A stretch of 64,000 nucleotides of DNA from Nitrospirota bacterium (GCA_021784575.1 JAJYHX010000004.1:68350-132349); one strand, 5' to 3'. Shown: positions 9,500 through 19,110, counted from the first letter of the stretch. Numbers and translations: made by a program. Notes: generated by a model from the letters alone, not told the origin.

Positions 9500-9605
9500 A
9501 GCGGTGTAAACGCTCTTTCGGCGGAAGGTGTTACAAAAGTGTTACATTCGCCTGAAATGCCAGAAAAAAAAGGCTCACGATAAACTCGTAAGCCTTTGAT
9601 TCTAA

Positions 9606-9651
9606 ATGGTAGGCGATGCTGGTTTCGAACCAGCGACCCCTGCCGTGTGAA
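9606..9651 (-). repeat. att direct repeat (duplicated 3' half of tRNA-Val)
   Basis: 45/46 identical to 20364-20409; single mismatch in the T-loop. Confidence 0.95.
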
Positions 9652-9780
9652 TCCATTAAAAGCCATTCTTGCCATTTTTCATGGTTTCTTACTGAATACC
9701 TCTTCCCCAATGTTTAAGCGGAGTTGCCGTTATTCGCCTTATTACCGCTTATTTTGGAATCCTATTATCTCCGATTCAAT

Positions 9781-9810
9781 TTAGCCCAAAATTAGCCCAT
9801 TTTTAGCCCA
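9781..9810 (+). repeat. Integrase arm-type sites, 3 x TTAGCCCA at 11-bp period
   Basis: Copies at 9781, 9792, 9803; same 8-mer twice at the other end (20298, 20309). Confidence 0.75.
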
Positions 9811-9823
9811 TTGCTTTGAAGGG

Positions 9824-10369
9824 CTATGAATTATCCTGGATAAATCGTTTGAGGTCGAAATACATCAGGCGGGTGTCGTCCTTATGGTCTTTCTCAGTAA
9901 GGAAATTGAAGCCGTTCTTCTGGTAGAAACCGATAGTGCAGGGGTTATTGTATGCGTCCACGGTTACAAACCGGCAACCGGTCTTATTCGCGGTAGTGAA
10001 AGAGGCTTTGACCGCATCTAAAATCTCTGTCCCCATTCCCTTTCTTTGATACCTGATATTAACGCCCATTCTCCCGATTTTGACGGCGGGAAAGCTCCTG
10101 TAGGTTCTCTTTGGGTGCGGGATGCCTTTGGCAAGGGTTCTCAATTTGCCCCTGCCCGTCTCTTCCCGGCTTATTTTATCGTTTAAGAGACTGATAAACG
10201 CTATCGTTTCTTTCCTGCCTTCAAACAGGTAGGTAACGGTAAGAAGCTCGTTTGAGTGGTTAAGGGCGTCGTTATGGAAGAAATCGTTCAGGTCGGGATC
10301 ATTGCAATCGAAAGGCTTTAACTTGGTATCCCGGTCAAGCCGCCGGGCTTGGGTTATCTTGACGGGCAT
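9824..10369 (-). CDS. GNAT N-acetyltransferase, TacT/AtaT-like putative toxin
   Basis: FDC..DLNDFF, PAVKIGRMGV, QRKGMG, VTVDA, FYQKNGF. Confidence 0.85.
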   Translation of the reverse strand: MPVKITQARRLDRDTKLKPFDCNDPDLNDFFHNDALNHSNELLTVTYLFEGRKETIAFISLLNDKISREETGRGKLRTLAKGIPHPKRTYRSFPAVKIGRMGVNIRYQRKGMGTEILDAVKASFTTANKTGCRFVTVDAYNNPCTIGFYQKNGFNFLTEKDHKDDTRLMYFDLKRFIQDNS

Positions 10370-10530
10370 CAGAGGATATTGAACCTGCCGTGGAGTTCCT
10401 TGTAGGCCGCCACCGCCTTCTTATACTCTGCCTTAGTTACCTTCTTTTTTTCGTTTGCTTTTACTTCTTCTGAAAAACGCTGTGCGTCTTTACCGCGTAA
10501 AACCGGAGTTTCCTTTATCGGCTTTGCCAT
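10369..10530 (-). CDS. Small basic protein, putative antitoxin of the GNAT
   Basis: MAKPIKETPVLRGKDAQRF..., 53 aa, upstream AGGAG, TGATG overlap with the GNAT start. Confidence 0.65.
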   Translation of the reverse strand: MAKPIKETPVLRGKDAQRFSEEVKANEKKKVTKAEYKKAVAAYKELHGRFNIL

Positions 10531-10785
10531 GCCTTTTCTCCTTCTGCTACTGCTTCTTTTACCCTGTCTATTCATAATAAATCAGACGACAAGACAGTAA
10601 CATATGCAACGCTATATTGCAATTCAATTATAACATGCCTGTCAAGCCCATTTGCCGCCCTGGACGGAACTCAGGTTTTGCCTTGACCCTCAGTCCGGTT
10701 TTGGGATAGTATAGCACCCAGCTTTATCAGGAATTATCCTTTAGCATCACGCCTTTTGCGTTTTTTTATCAAGAGGGACAAGCCA

Positions 10786-13524
10786 ATGGCTGAACGCGGA
10801 CGGAAGAAATCCACGGCGAAAGTGGGAGAAGTCAAAAAGAGGGTCAAGGTAGCAGGCGAGAAAAAGGCGGAAGTCTATGAGCATAAGGAGAAGGAAGGTC
10901 TTTTAAGGCCGGACATCGGCCTGCAAGCGCAGTTCAAGAAACAGAAGCCGCCCAAGACCTACAAGTATGACTCAAGCCTTGACCCGGCAATGTCATGGGA
11001 TAGTAATCCCGCAAGGGAGCGGGCCGAATCCCTGATAAAGCAGATACAGGAAGCCAAGACAGTTGAAGAGGCCAAAACCGCCGCCGATGTTCTTGCCCGG
11101 ATGTCCGGCCCGTTCCTCAACTGGTCTGGCAAGGCGGAGCGCACCGAGTTCAACGTCCCTACCCTTCCCCTTTTTACGCATGAGCGTCTTTCCACTCAGG
11201 CAATCCTTGAAACCCTGAAGTCCAGGAAACGGGACAAGCAGCAGTCCTTTGAGTTATTCGCGGATACCGAGCTTGACATTGCAGACCGCGCCCTTCAAGC
11301 CTATGAGTATCCCGCCCCCTGGGTGAACAGGATGATTCTTGGGGACTCGCTTATCGTGATGAACAGCCTTTTACAATACGAGAGCTTAGGCGGACAAGTC
11401 CAAATGATTTACATCGACCCGCCTTATGGGGTGAAGTTCGGGTCAAACTTTCAGCCGTTTGTCAGGAAACGGGACGTTAAGCATGGCGACGACGAGAGCA
11501 TGACGCGCGAGCCGGAGGTTGTTCAGGCTTACCGGGATACATGGGAACTTGGACTTCATTCATACCTGACGTATCTCAGGGACAGGTTCAAACTTGCTCA
11601 TGAGTTGTTGCATCCGTCCGGGTCAATATTCGTGCAGATAAGCGATGAAAATGTGCATCATGTAAGGGAAGTACTTGGTGAAATTTTTGGAGAAGAAAAT
11701 TTTTGCGCCATAATAACATTTGTTAAAGCTTCTGCGCAATCATCGGATTTGCTTTCCTCAGCATCAGATTATTTGCTTTGGTATGCTAAGGATAAAAAAC
11801 AAGTAAAGGCCAATAGGCTTTATTGGAGTAAACAGGTCGGTTCGGTAGGAGCGACTAATTATAATAATATTGAATCGCCTGACGGTCGAACATGGCGTGC
11901 TTTATCAGTGGAAGAAAAAAACGACTTATCTCTCATTCCTAATGGATGGCGATCGTTTAGTTGTGATAATTTAATGGGCACGCGTCCGCCAACCGAAGGC
12001 GATCTTGGAGCTTATGAATATCATGGAAAACTTTACAACAAAGACAAGCGCAAATGCTGGAAAACAGATAAGACGGGATTGGACGGGCTGGCAGCTAATA
12101 AACGTCTAATAGCTGTAGGAAACGGCTTATATTATAAACGTTATCTTGATGACTTCCCTGTCTATCCAATGACTACAAATTGGTCAGACACAGCGAGCAG
12201 CTTCATGGCTGATAAATTTTATGTAGTCCAAACAACCCTGAAAGTCATTCAACGTTGCCTCCTGATGACCACCGATCCCGGCGACCTTGTTCTTGACCCG
12301 ACATGCGGGAGCGGCACAACCGCTTACGTTGCAGAGCAATGGGGAAGACGCTGGATAACGATTGACACGAGCCGCGTCCCGCTTGCCCTTGCGCGGCAAA
12401 GGCTTCTAACAGCTACCTTCCCATACTTTGAGCTTAAAGACCCCGCCAAAGGCCCGTCAAGCGGCTTCGTCTATAAACGAAAGCGGAACAAGAAGGGAGA
12501 AGAGACAGGCGGCATAGTGCCTCACATAACCCTGAAAAGCATAGCCAATAACGAGCCGCCGAAAGAGGAAGTCCTTGTTGACCGCCCGGAAGAGTTAAGC
12601 GGCGTCGTCCGCGTGTCCGGGACTTTCGTTGTCGAGGCCACAATCCCACAGCCGATAGACATTGAAGCCGCCGAAAAAGAATCAAAGACCGAGACCATCG
12701 GCGCGGAGGATGCCGCCGATTATATAACCCGCATGGTTGAGATTCTCCGCAAGGTTGCCACAATCAAAGTGCCCGGCAACAAGACCGTTACCTTCCAGAA
12801 AATCCGCCGCCCAGCAAAGGCTATGGACATTCACGCCGAGGCCGTTGTTGCAAACGGAGTGGAGAAGCCCGTTGCATTCTATTTCGGGCCGGAAAACGGC
12901 GCGGTAACGGAGATGATGGTTAACCATGCATTGAAGGAAGCTAATCTGAAAGGGTTTGAACACCTCTACGTTATCGGCTTTGCAATTCAGGCAAACGCCG
13001 ACAAGCTCATAAGGGACGCGGAGAGGCTTGTCATACCCGCAACGTATGTTCAGGCGACAATGGACTTGCAGATGCCCGACCTCTTGAAGAATCAGAGGGC
13101 AAGCCAGATATTCAGCGTTACAGGTATGCCGGAAGTAAATTTAATCAAGCTGAAGAAGAAATCAGATACGGGGGAAACTCTTTACAAGGTTCAACTTCTT
13201 GGCTTGGACGTATTCGACCCCGTGGACATGGAGCACAAATACGAAGACGGCGATAACGTGCCATGCTGGTTTATCGATACGGACTACAACGAGCTTGCCT
13301 TCTGTGTATCTCAGGCGTTCTTCCCAAGAACATCCGCATGGGACAAACTCAAGAAAGACCTAAAGGGAACATACGAGGATTCAGTCTGGGAACACCTTGC
13401 AGGGACGGAAAGCGAGCCGTTTATGGCGGGTGAACATGAAAGGATTGCAGTCAAGGTTATAGACGACAGAGGCAACGAGCTTCTTGTGGTAAAGGAAATC
13501 AAAGAGGCAGGGGCGGAGAAATGA
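10786..13524 (+). CDS. mod: Type III restriction-modification DNA methyltransferase (Mod)
   Basis: NRMILGDSL, IYIDPPY catalytic motif, DPTCGSGTT SAM-binding motif; overlaps res. Confidence 0.92.
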   Translation: MAERGRKKSTAKVGEVKKRVKVAGEKKAEVYEHKEKEGLLRPDIGLQAQFKKQKPPKTYKYDSSLDPAMSWDSNPARERAESLIKQIQEAKTVEEAKTAADVLARMSGPFLNWSGKAERTEFNVPTLPLFTHERLSTQAILETLKSRKRDKQQSFELFADTELDIADRALQAYEYPAPWVNRMILGDSLIVMNSLLQYESLGGQVQMIYIDPPYGVKFGSNFQPFVRKRDVKHGDDESMTREPEVVQAYRDTWELGLHSYLTYLRDRFKLAHELLHPSGSIFVQISDENVHHVREVLGEIFGEENFCAIITFVKASAQSSDLLSSASDYLLWYAKDKKQVKANRLYWSKQVGSVGATNYNNIESPDGRTWRALSVEEKNDLSLIPNGWRSFSCDNLMGTRPPTEGDLGAYEYHGKLYNKDKRKCWKTDKTGLDGLAANKRLIAVGNGLYYKRYLDDFPVYPMTTNWSDTASSFMADKFYVVQTTLKVIQRCLLMTTDPGDLVLDPTCGSGTTAYVAEQWGRRWITIDTSRVPLALARQRLLTATFPYFELKDPAKGPSSGFVYKRKRNKKGEETGGIVPHITLKSIANNEPPKEEVLVDRPEELSGVVRVSGTFVVEATIPQPIDIEAAEKESKTETIGAEDAADYITRMVEILRKVATIKVPGNKTVTFQKIRRPAKAMDIHAEAVVANGVEKPVAFYFGPENGAVTEMMVNHALKEANLKGFEHLYVIGFAIQANADKLIRDAERLVIPATYVQATMDLQMPDLLKNQRASQIFSVTGMPEVNLIKLKKKSDTGETLYKVQLLGLDVFDPVDMEHKYEDGDNVPCWFIDTDYNELAFCVSQAFFPRTSAWDKLKKDLKGTYEDSVWEHLAGTESEPFMAGEHERIAVKVIDDRGNELLVVKEIKEAGAEK

Positions 13525-16500
13525 GCGACTTTGCCGAAGTCCCCAAACCAATAATAAACAGCCCATACGAAGAGCCGAAGCAATATTACGAGATTGCCAA
13601 AGGAGAGCCGCCCGTCCTCGTGCAGGGCCGCCGTCCGGCATGTTACTATTACCGCCCGCCCGGAAGGTCAACAGGCAGACACGCGGCGGACGAGGTAGGG
13701 ACAAAGATTGACCTTCACCTCGTTAATGACATACGCGCCCGGATGAAGGAATGGCGGGAGAAGGGCTATCCGGGCGTTACGGGGACAACGGGCGAGCTTA
13801 TAGGATACTGGACACGCCCTGAGCGTGAGGCGGGACATAGGCTTTTCTTCTGCCAACTTGAAGCGGCCTTGACCGTTATTTTTCTGAAAGAGGCAAGGGC
13901 GGACTTCCTACAGGGCCTTGAGATACCGAGAGACGAGCCTTCAAAGGAAGCGAAGGAGAAAGGTTACTCAGGCTTTACGCGGTATGCTGCAAAAATGGCG
14001 ACAGGTTCAGGAAAAACAACCGTAATGGGAATGCTTGCCGCGTGGAGTATTTTAAACAAGGTTGCCGACAGAGGCAACGCGACTTTCTCCGATACAGTCC
14101 TTGTGATATGCCCGAATGTAACAATCCGAGACCGCTTGCAGGAGCTTGACCCGAATCACGGCGAAACCAGTTTATACAGGACAAGAGACCTCGTGCCGCC
14201 GGACATGATGAAGAACCTTCGGGAAGGCCGGGTGCTGATAACGAACTGGCACGTCCTTGAACCGAAGGAACTAAATACGGTAGGCAAAGACTCCTCAAGG
14301 GTGGTCAAGCGCGGAGTGCCAAGACATGTCAAGCTTGATAACGGAGATATTGATACCAAATATATTCAGTCTGATACCTCACTCGTTGAAGACGTGCTAA
14401 AGGAAACCAAAGGGAAGAAGAATATCCTTGTCTTTAATGACGAGGCGCACCACGCATACAGAATAGCTCAGACAATTACTGAAGAAGAACAGCCGGACTT
14501 ATTAGGCGGCAACGGGAACGGCGATAGTGAAGAGCTTGAATATTACAAGAAAGAAGCAACGATTTGGATTGACGGCCTGGACAAAATAAACAAGATTCGC
14601 GGGATAAATTTCTGTGTTGACCTATCCGCTACACCGTTTTATCTAAACAATACCGGCAATGATCCCGGAAAATCATTCCCCTGGGTAGTGTCGGATTTCG
14701 GCCTTGTGGACGCAATAGAGTCCGGCCTTGTAAAGATACCTCAATTGCCTATTGAAGACACTACGGGAAGGCGTATCCCTGCATATTTCAACGTATGGAA
14801 ATGGATTGTGGAAGAAAAGCTGACAAGCGGAGAGAAAGGCGGCAAGCGTGGGCAGGTAAATCCAAAAGCCGTCCTGAAGTATGCGCATACCCCGATACAG
14901 ATGCTTGCCTCATTATGGAAAACCACATTCAAGGAATGGAATGAGGACGTTAAAAAAGGATCGCGTGAGCCTGTGCCGCCCGTGTTTATTATCGTATGCC
15001 GGGACACAAGGCTTGCTAAAATTATTTACGACTGGATAGCGGACTGCAAGGGTGAAGATATTACCCCGTGCATACCGGAATTCAGGAATAAGGACGGGAA
15101 GGAATACACCGTCAGGGTTGACTCAAAGGTAGTTGAAGAAATTGAATCCGGGATTGCCAAGAGCGATGAAAGCCGCCGACTTCGCTTTGTTCTGGACACC
15201 ATCGGCAAAACTGCATGGCCGGGGGGCAAACCGCCGGAAGAGTATGTCCAGCTTGTCAATAAGCGAAATGAAAAGGCCGAGGAAGGCGGTGAGCTTGTTG
15301 ACCAGGCTATTCCACCAGGCAGGGATGTCCGGTGCATAGTCTCAGTTGCCATGCTTACAGAGGGCTGGGATGCAAGGACGGTTACGCATATAGTAGGCTT
15401 GAGACCATTTGAATCTCAGCTTCTTTGTGAACAGGTTGTAGGGCGCGGCCTTAGAAGGTCTCAGTATCACGACCTGAGCGTTGAAGAGGTATCAAAAGTT
15501 TATGGAGTGCCTTTTGAACTGATTCCCTTCAAGACCAATCCCACAGGCCCTACACCGCCGCCCCCAAAGGTGATCCATGTAAAGGCCCTGCCTGAGCGGG
15601 CCGACCTTGAAATCAAATTTCCACGGGTAGAAGGATATTCCTTCAAGGTAAAGAACAAGATAGCAGTTGACTGGCAGAGAGTCCGTCCAATACGCATTGA
15701 TCCGGCGGAAGTCCCGGACGAAACCCTTGTTAAGGGCCTGTCAACGGACGACGCGGGAAAGCTCTCACTATCAGGGCCTGGGCCAATAGAGGAAATAACC
15801 CTTAAGGCATGGAGGAAGGGAGTCCGTTTGCAGTATGTCGAATTCTTCATGGCAAATGAACTAAGGCGGCATTATGCAGGCTCTCCTGATTGTGAAATTC
15901 CCCCGCACATTTTATTCCCTCAGTTGATTTCTATAGTGAAGAGATTTGTCCGAGATTATGTTGAAGCTCTTGAGCATAGAGACAAGAAGGACATATTTTT
16001 ATCCCCCTATTTTGGGAAAGCCCTTGAAGTTTTAAAGGAGTCGATAATCCCGGATGTTAGTTCAGGCGAAGAAAGCGAAATTCCAACTTACGAGAAAAGC
16101 AGAGGGCCGGGATCAACCTCAGACGTGGATACCTGGACAAGCAAGCCTGTAGTCGAATGCCGGAAGAGCCATTTGAATTATGCCGTTGCCGACACGGAGA
16201 AATGGGAACAGATAGCGAAATTTTATCTGGACAGAAACAAGCACGTCATAAGCTTTGTGAAGAACTTCGGACTTGGGTTTGAGATTCCTTACACATTCAA
16301 CGGTGAAAGTCGAGGTTATGCGCCTGATTTTATCATTCGACTCAAGAACGATGAAGGCAGAGAGATTGGCAACCTTATTCTTGAGGTCAAGGGCTTTGCC
16401 CCTGAAGAGGCAGAGGCCAAAAAATCCGCCGCTATCAGGTGGATGAAGGCCGTCAATAATGAGGGTTCTTATGGGAAATGGGATTACAGGGTTATTTATA

Positions 16501-16553
16501 AAACAACGGACGTGGACAAGGCGATAGAAGAAATGGTGAAAGTGTTAGGTTAG
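13521..16553 (+). CDS. res: Type III restriction endonuclease (Res), SF2 helicase plus PD-(D/E)xK nuclease
   Basis: MATGSGKT, DEAHH, LSATP, MLTEGWD, QVVGRGLR, C-terminal PDFII...ILEVKG. Confidence 0.92.
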   Translation: MSDFAEVPKPIINSPYEEPKQYYEIAKGEPPVLVQGRRPACYYYRPPGRSTGRHAADEVGTKIDLHLVNDIRARMKEWREKGYPGVTGTTGELIGYWTRPEREAGHRLFFCQLEAALTVIFLKEARADFLQGLEIPRDEPSKEAKEKGYSGFTRYAAKMATGSGKTTVMGMLAAWSILNKVADRGNATFSDTVLVICPNVTIRDRLQELDPNHGETSLYRTRDLVPPDMMKNLREGRVLITNWHVLEPKELNTVGKDSSRVVKRGVPRHVKLDNGDIDTKYIQSDTSLVEDVLKETKGKKNILVFNDEAHHAYRIAQTITEEEQPDLLGGNGNGDSEELEYYKKEATIWIDGLDKINKIRGINFCVDLSATPFYLNNTGNDPGKSFPWVVSDFGLVDAIESGLVKIPQLPIEDTTGRRIPAYFNVWKWIVEEKLTSGEKGGKRGQVNPKAVLKYAHTPIQMLASLWKTTFKEWNEDVKKGSREPVPPVFIIVCRDTRLAKIIYDWIADCKGEDITPCIPEFRNKDGKEYTVRVDSKVVEEIESGIAKSDESRRLRFVLDTIGKTAWPGGKPPEEYVQLVNKRNEKAEEGGELVDQAIPPGRDVRCIVSVAMLTEGWDARTVTHIVGLRPFESQLLCEQVVGRGLRRSQYHDLSVEEVSKVYGVPFELIPFKTNPTGPTPPPPKVIHVKALPERADLEIKFPRVEGYSFKVKNKIAVDWQRVRPIRIDPAEVPDETLVKGLSTDDAGKLSLSGPGPIEEITLKAWRKGVRLQYVEFFMANELRRHYAGSPDCEIPPHILFPQLISIVKRFVRDYVEALEHRDKKDIFLSPYFGKALEVLKESIIPDVSSGEESEIPTYEKSRGPGSTSDVDTWTSKPVVECRKSHLNYAVADTEKWEQIAKFYLDRNKHVISFVKNFGLGFEIPYTFNGESRGYAPDFIIRLKNDEGREIGNLILEVKGFAPEEAEAKKSAAIRWMKAVNNEGSYGKWDYRVIYKTTDVDKAIEEMVKVLG

Positions 16554-16607
16554 AAGCTAAAAGGCAAAGAGGTTGCAGAGGCGTTGGCGGTATTAAGGGC
16601 TAAATAA

Positions 16608-17390
16608 ATGAAAATCAGCATTCACGACAGAGTTGAGGCAATAAAAAGATGCCCTGAATTTATGAAAGAGGCCGAAGAATATTTAAAGTTACGCGTCAAG
16701 GAGATTTTGGAAGAAAGAAAGTTTCGAGAAGAATATGCCCGAAGTCGGTTTCCTGGTATCGCCCGCCCCACTAAACCTGAGAAAAACAAAACAGTTAGCG
16801 AAAAATATAAACTGATTAGGGAAAAATGGAAAATTGGTTATCTGTTCGTTACCGGCCATTCCGAAAATGAAAAACGACTGTGGGGGGATACAAAGAATGC
16901 ACTAATAACGAGAAAATTTGAGCATAATGAAATATTTAGTCTTAGGGATTTCTGGAACCGTGAAGTCTCCCTTGCTTGGGATGGAGACCGCGCTGAGGGA
17001 CGGTCGTTGTATCCTGATACGCCCTTTCAATGTTACCTATGTAATGATGACAATCTCATTATTCAATTGCGGGTTGATTTAAGAGCAACCGAAAAAGAGT
17101 TAAGCGCTTCTTTTGATAAACTGATCGGGGAAATTAAGCACCGTTACTGTAAGAATTCCGGGGAGAAGAAAATAAGGAAAACAAAATTGGACAAATGGGA
17201 AATTTTTGATCTTCAGAAATCTGGTTTAACGGATGCCGAAATCGTCAGAAAACTTAAAGTCAATACCAATATATCAGAAGCCTCTTCAACACCTTTCAAA
17301 CGAGTAGAGCGAGCTTATAAGCAAGCTGAAAAAATCATTAAGGCCGTTCAAGAAGATGCCGAACGATTTATCAAAAAAATCGAAGAATGA
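16608..17390 (+). CDS. Hypothetical protein with C-terminal HTH-like region; candidate element activator
   Basis: 260-aa ORF; EAIKRCPEF, VDLRATEKEL, IFDLQKSGLTDAEIVRKL...RVERAYKQAEKII. Confidence 0.6.
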   Translation: MKISIHDRVEAIKRCPEFMKEAEEYLKLRVKEILEERKFREEYARSRFPGIARPTKPEKNKTVSEKYKLIREKWKIGYLFVTGHSENEKRLWGDTKNALITRKFEHNEIFSLRDFWNREVSLAWDGDRAEGRSLYPDTPFQCYLCNDDNLIIQLRVDLRATEKELSASFDKLIGEIKHRYCKNSGEKKIRKTKLDKWEIFDLQKSGLTDAEIVRKLKVNTNISEASSTPFKRVERAYKQAEKIIKAVQEDAERFIKKIEE

Positions 17391-17410
17391 CCGAACGAAG
17401 AATGACCGAA
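17381..17410 (+). repeat. 15-bp tandem duplication CGAAGAATGACCGAA x2 over the stop codon
   Basis: Read directly from sequence. Confidence 0.8.
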
Positions 17411-17481
17411 CCAGGTAAAACTTCCAAAGTAATTACCTCCAGATTTTAAAGCCCCCCGCCTTAACATTCATCTAATTTTTA

Positions 17482-17551
17482 TTGACGTATAAGAGGGGAC
17501 TTTAAACGTCAATTTTGACGTATAAAGTAATCCTTATAAGTCAATTGACGT
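17482..17551. promoter_or_regulatory. Operator-like cluster of TTGACGT(ATAA) direct and inverted repeats
   Basis: Direct copies at 17482, 17515, 17545; inverted copies at 17501-17512 and 17534-17544. Confidence 0.65.
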
Positions 17552-17627
17552 GATGAAATATCACCTGCTAATATCTCCGTGTAACCAGGCTTGGCAGTTA
17601 TTTCTTAACCATACGGAGGTGGACGAA

Positions 17628-17810
17628 ATGGAAAGAAAACTGATCGACGTTAAGGAAGGGGCGGCGTTAATCGGCGTGAAGCCGGGCACTCTGTATTTAT
17701 GGGCGGCGCAAAAAAAGGACGGCCTGAAAAGCTATCTCGTGGGCCGGTGCAGACGTTTTGATCCTGAAGAACTTTTGGAATGGGCGAAGGGCATGGAGAA
17801 GGGCGCATGA
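17628..17810 (+). CDS. Excisionase/AlpA-like HTH_17 protein
   Basis: MERKLIDVKEGAALIGVKPGTLYLW...GRCRRFDPEELLEW; GGAGGT RBS. Confidence 0.8.
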   Translation: MERKLIDVKEGAALIGVKPGTLYLWAAQKKDGLKSYLVGRCRRFDPEELLEWAKGMEKGA

Positions 17811-18058
17811 AGACCCTGCAAAGAAAATCTGAGTTGACTTTCGGCATTTCGGCGCGGGGCCGCCGGGAATTGGTTAAGCACCTCAAGGGCGGGAAACTTA
17901 CCCGCAAAGAGGCGATGCTTGCCGCCTGCTATGACTGCGTTTGCGGGTATGAGGACGGTAAGGTCGATTGCCGGGTTATGCGGTGTCCCCTTCATCCGTT
18001 CATGCCATTTAACCCCGAAGGGAAGAAAGGTCGGGGTGAGGACAGCCCTGAAAATTAA
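17807..18058 (+). CDS. Small Cys-rich (Zn-finger-like) phage-type protein
   Basis: CYDC..G....DC....CPLHPF; ATGA overlap with the xis-like gene. Confidence 0.65.
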   Translation: MKTLQRKSELTFGISARGRRELVKHLKGGKLTRKEAMLAACYDCVCGYEDGKVDCRVMRCPLHPFMPFNPEGKKGRGEDSPEN

Positions 18059-18203
18059 TTCCTTGCGTCTGAAGCATACGAAAAAGGGGTATTGCAGGGA
18101 TTAATCTCCCCCGGCAAGTATTCAGGTAGGGGTAAGTTGGCAAAAAGTTCAAAAAGGGCGATTTTGCGCATTTCCGAATAAATGGCGGCTTAAATATAGT
18201 TTC

Positions 18204-18743
18204 ATGTCCGATCCCTATAAAAAACAACGAGCGGGAAACAAGCATCGCGGCAAGCAAAAACTACCGCCTTTTGTTGCTTTGCCCTGGGAGATGCTCAATC
18301 ACCAGGCATATCGAAAATTGAAACACTCCGCCGCACATGCCCTGCCTTATTTCTTGGGAAAGGTAAAGCTCACTTATAACGACCCGCAACGCTATCAGAC
18401 TGAATTTACTTTCTCATATAGCGAAGGTAAAAAGCTTCGCTTTGGCAACGCCACTTTTTACAATATAATTCAGGAGTTGGTGAGAAAGGGGTTTATTGAC
18501 CCGGTAGATAGAGGCGGGATGAAAAGCGACTGTAGAGGCTTCAGCAATTTCAGGCTGTCAAGACGCTGGGAAGAATACGGCAAGGAAGGATTTCAGGCTA
18601 TCGAATGGAAATGCTTTCTTCCTAAACCAAGATTGAAAGCGACACCCGAAATGGAAATGCACAGCACCCGAAATGGAAATAAAACTGCCCATTACGCACC
18701 TGATATTTCCAGAACTGGTGCTGTAGGGGCTGAAACGGGCTGA
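18204..18743 (+). CDS. Winged-helix DNA-binding protein, possible replication initiator
   Basis: FVALPWEML...AYRKL, FTFSYSE, IQELVRKGFID...GG pattern. Confidence 0.55.
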   Translation: MSDPYKKQRAGNKHRGKQKLPPFVALPWEMLNHQAYRKLKHSAAHALPYFLGKVKLTYNDPQRYQTEFTFSYSEGKKLRFGNATFYNIIQELVRKGFIDPVDRGGMKSDCRGFSNFRLSRRWEEYGKEGFQAIEWKCFLPKPRLKATPEMEMHSTRNGNKTAHYAPDISRTGAVGAETG

Positions 18744-18915
18744 ATTATATTTCCATTTTTGAAGAGTATTCTATATCTTGCCAGAGATGGGTGATTTTTT
18801 TAGAACTTTCTTTGATAGCGATTTTCCAAACTACGGGTGCGCAAAAAAGTTGTGAAAAGTTGGTATTCAAAGAGTCCCCACAATCCAATCAGCCATACGA
18901 GTTTTCAGAGCATTA

Positions 18916-19030
18916 CGCGCGGGCGCGCGCGAGGATTTTCCCGGCATTATCGGCATGAATTTTGCGAACTGTATGCGCGCGGGCGCGCGAGAGGGCTGGG
19001 AGTTTTTTTGAACCGATAACGCGCGCGGGA
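18916..19030 (+). repeat. CGCGCGGGCGCGCG repeats in the non-coding gap of the element
   Basis: Exact copies at 18916 and 18976 (60 bp apart), partial copy near 19020. Confidence 0.7.
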
Positions 19031-19110
19031 AATTTTCAAAGCTATCTTTTTCTCTTGATTATTTAAATAATTTATGTTATTTTGATAATCAATCGAAGGG
19101 GGGGCGGAAT

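Noticed and set aside
9358..9784. ORFs 9358-9675 and 9596-9784
   Set aside because: They run across att, hairpin and tRNA-fragment sequence and show no protein-like features.
10786..13524. Phase-variable mod (phasevarion)
   Set aside because: No simple-sequence repeat tract seen in or upstream of the gene.
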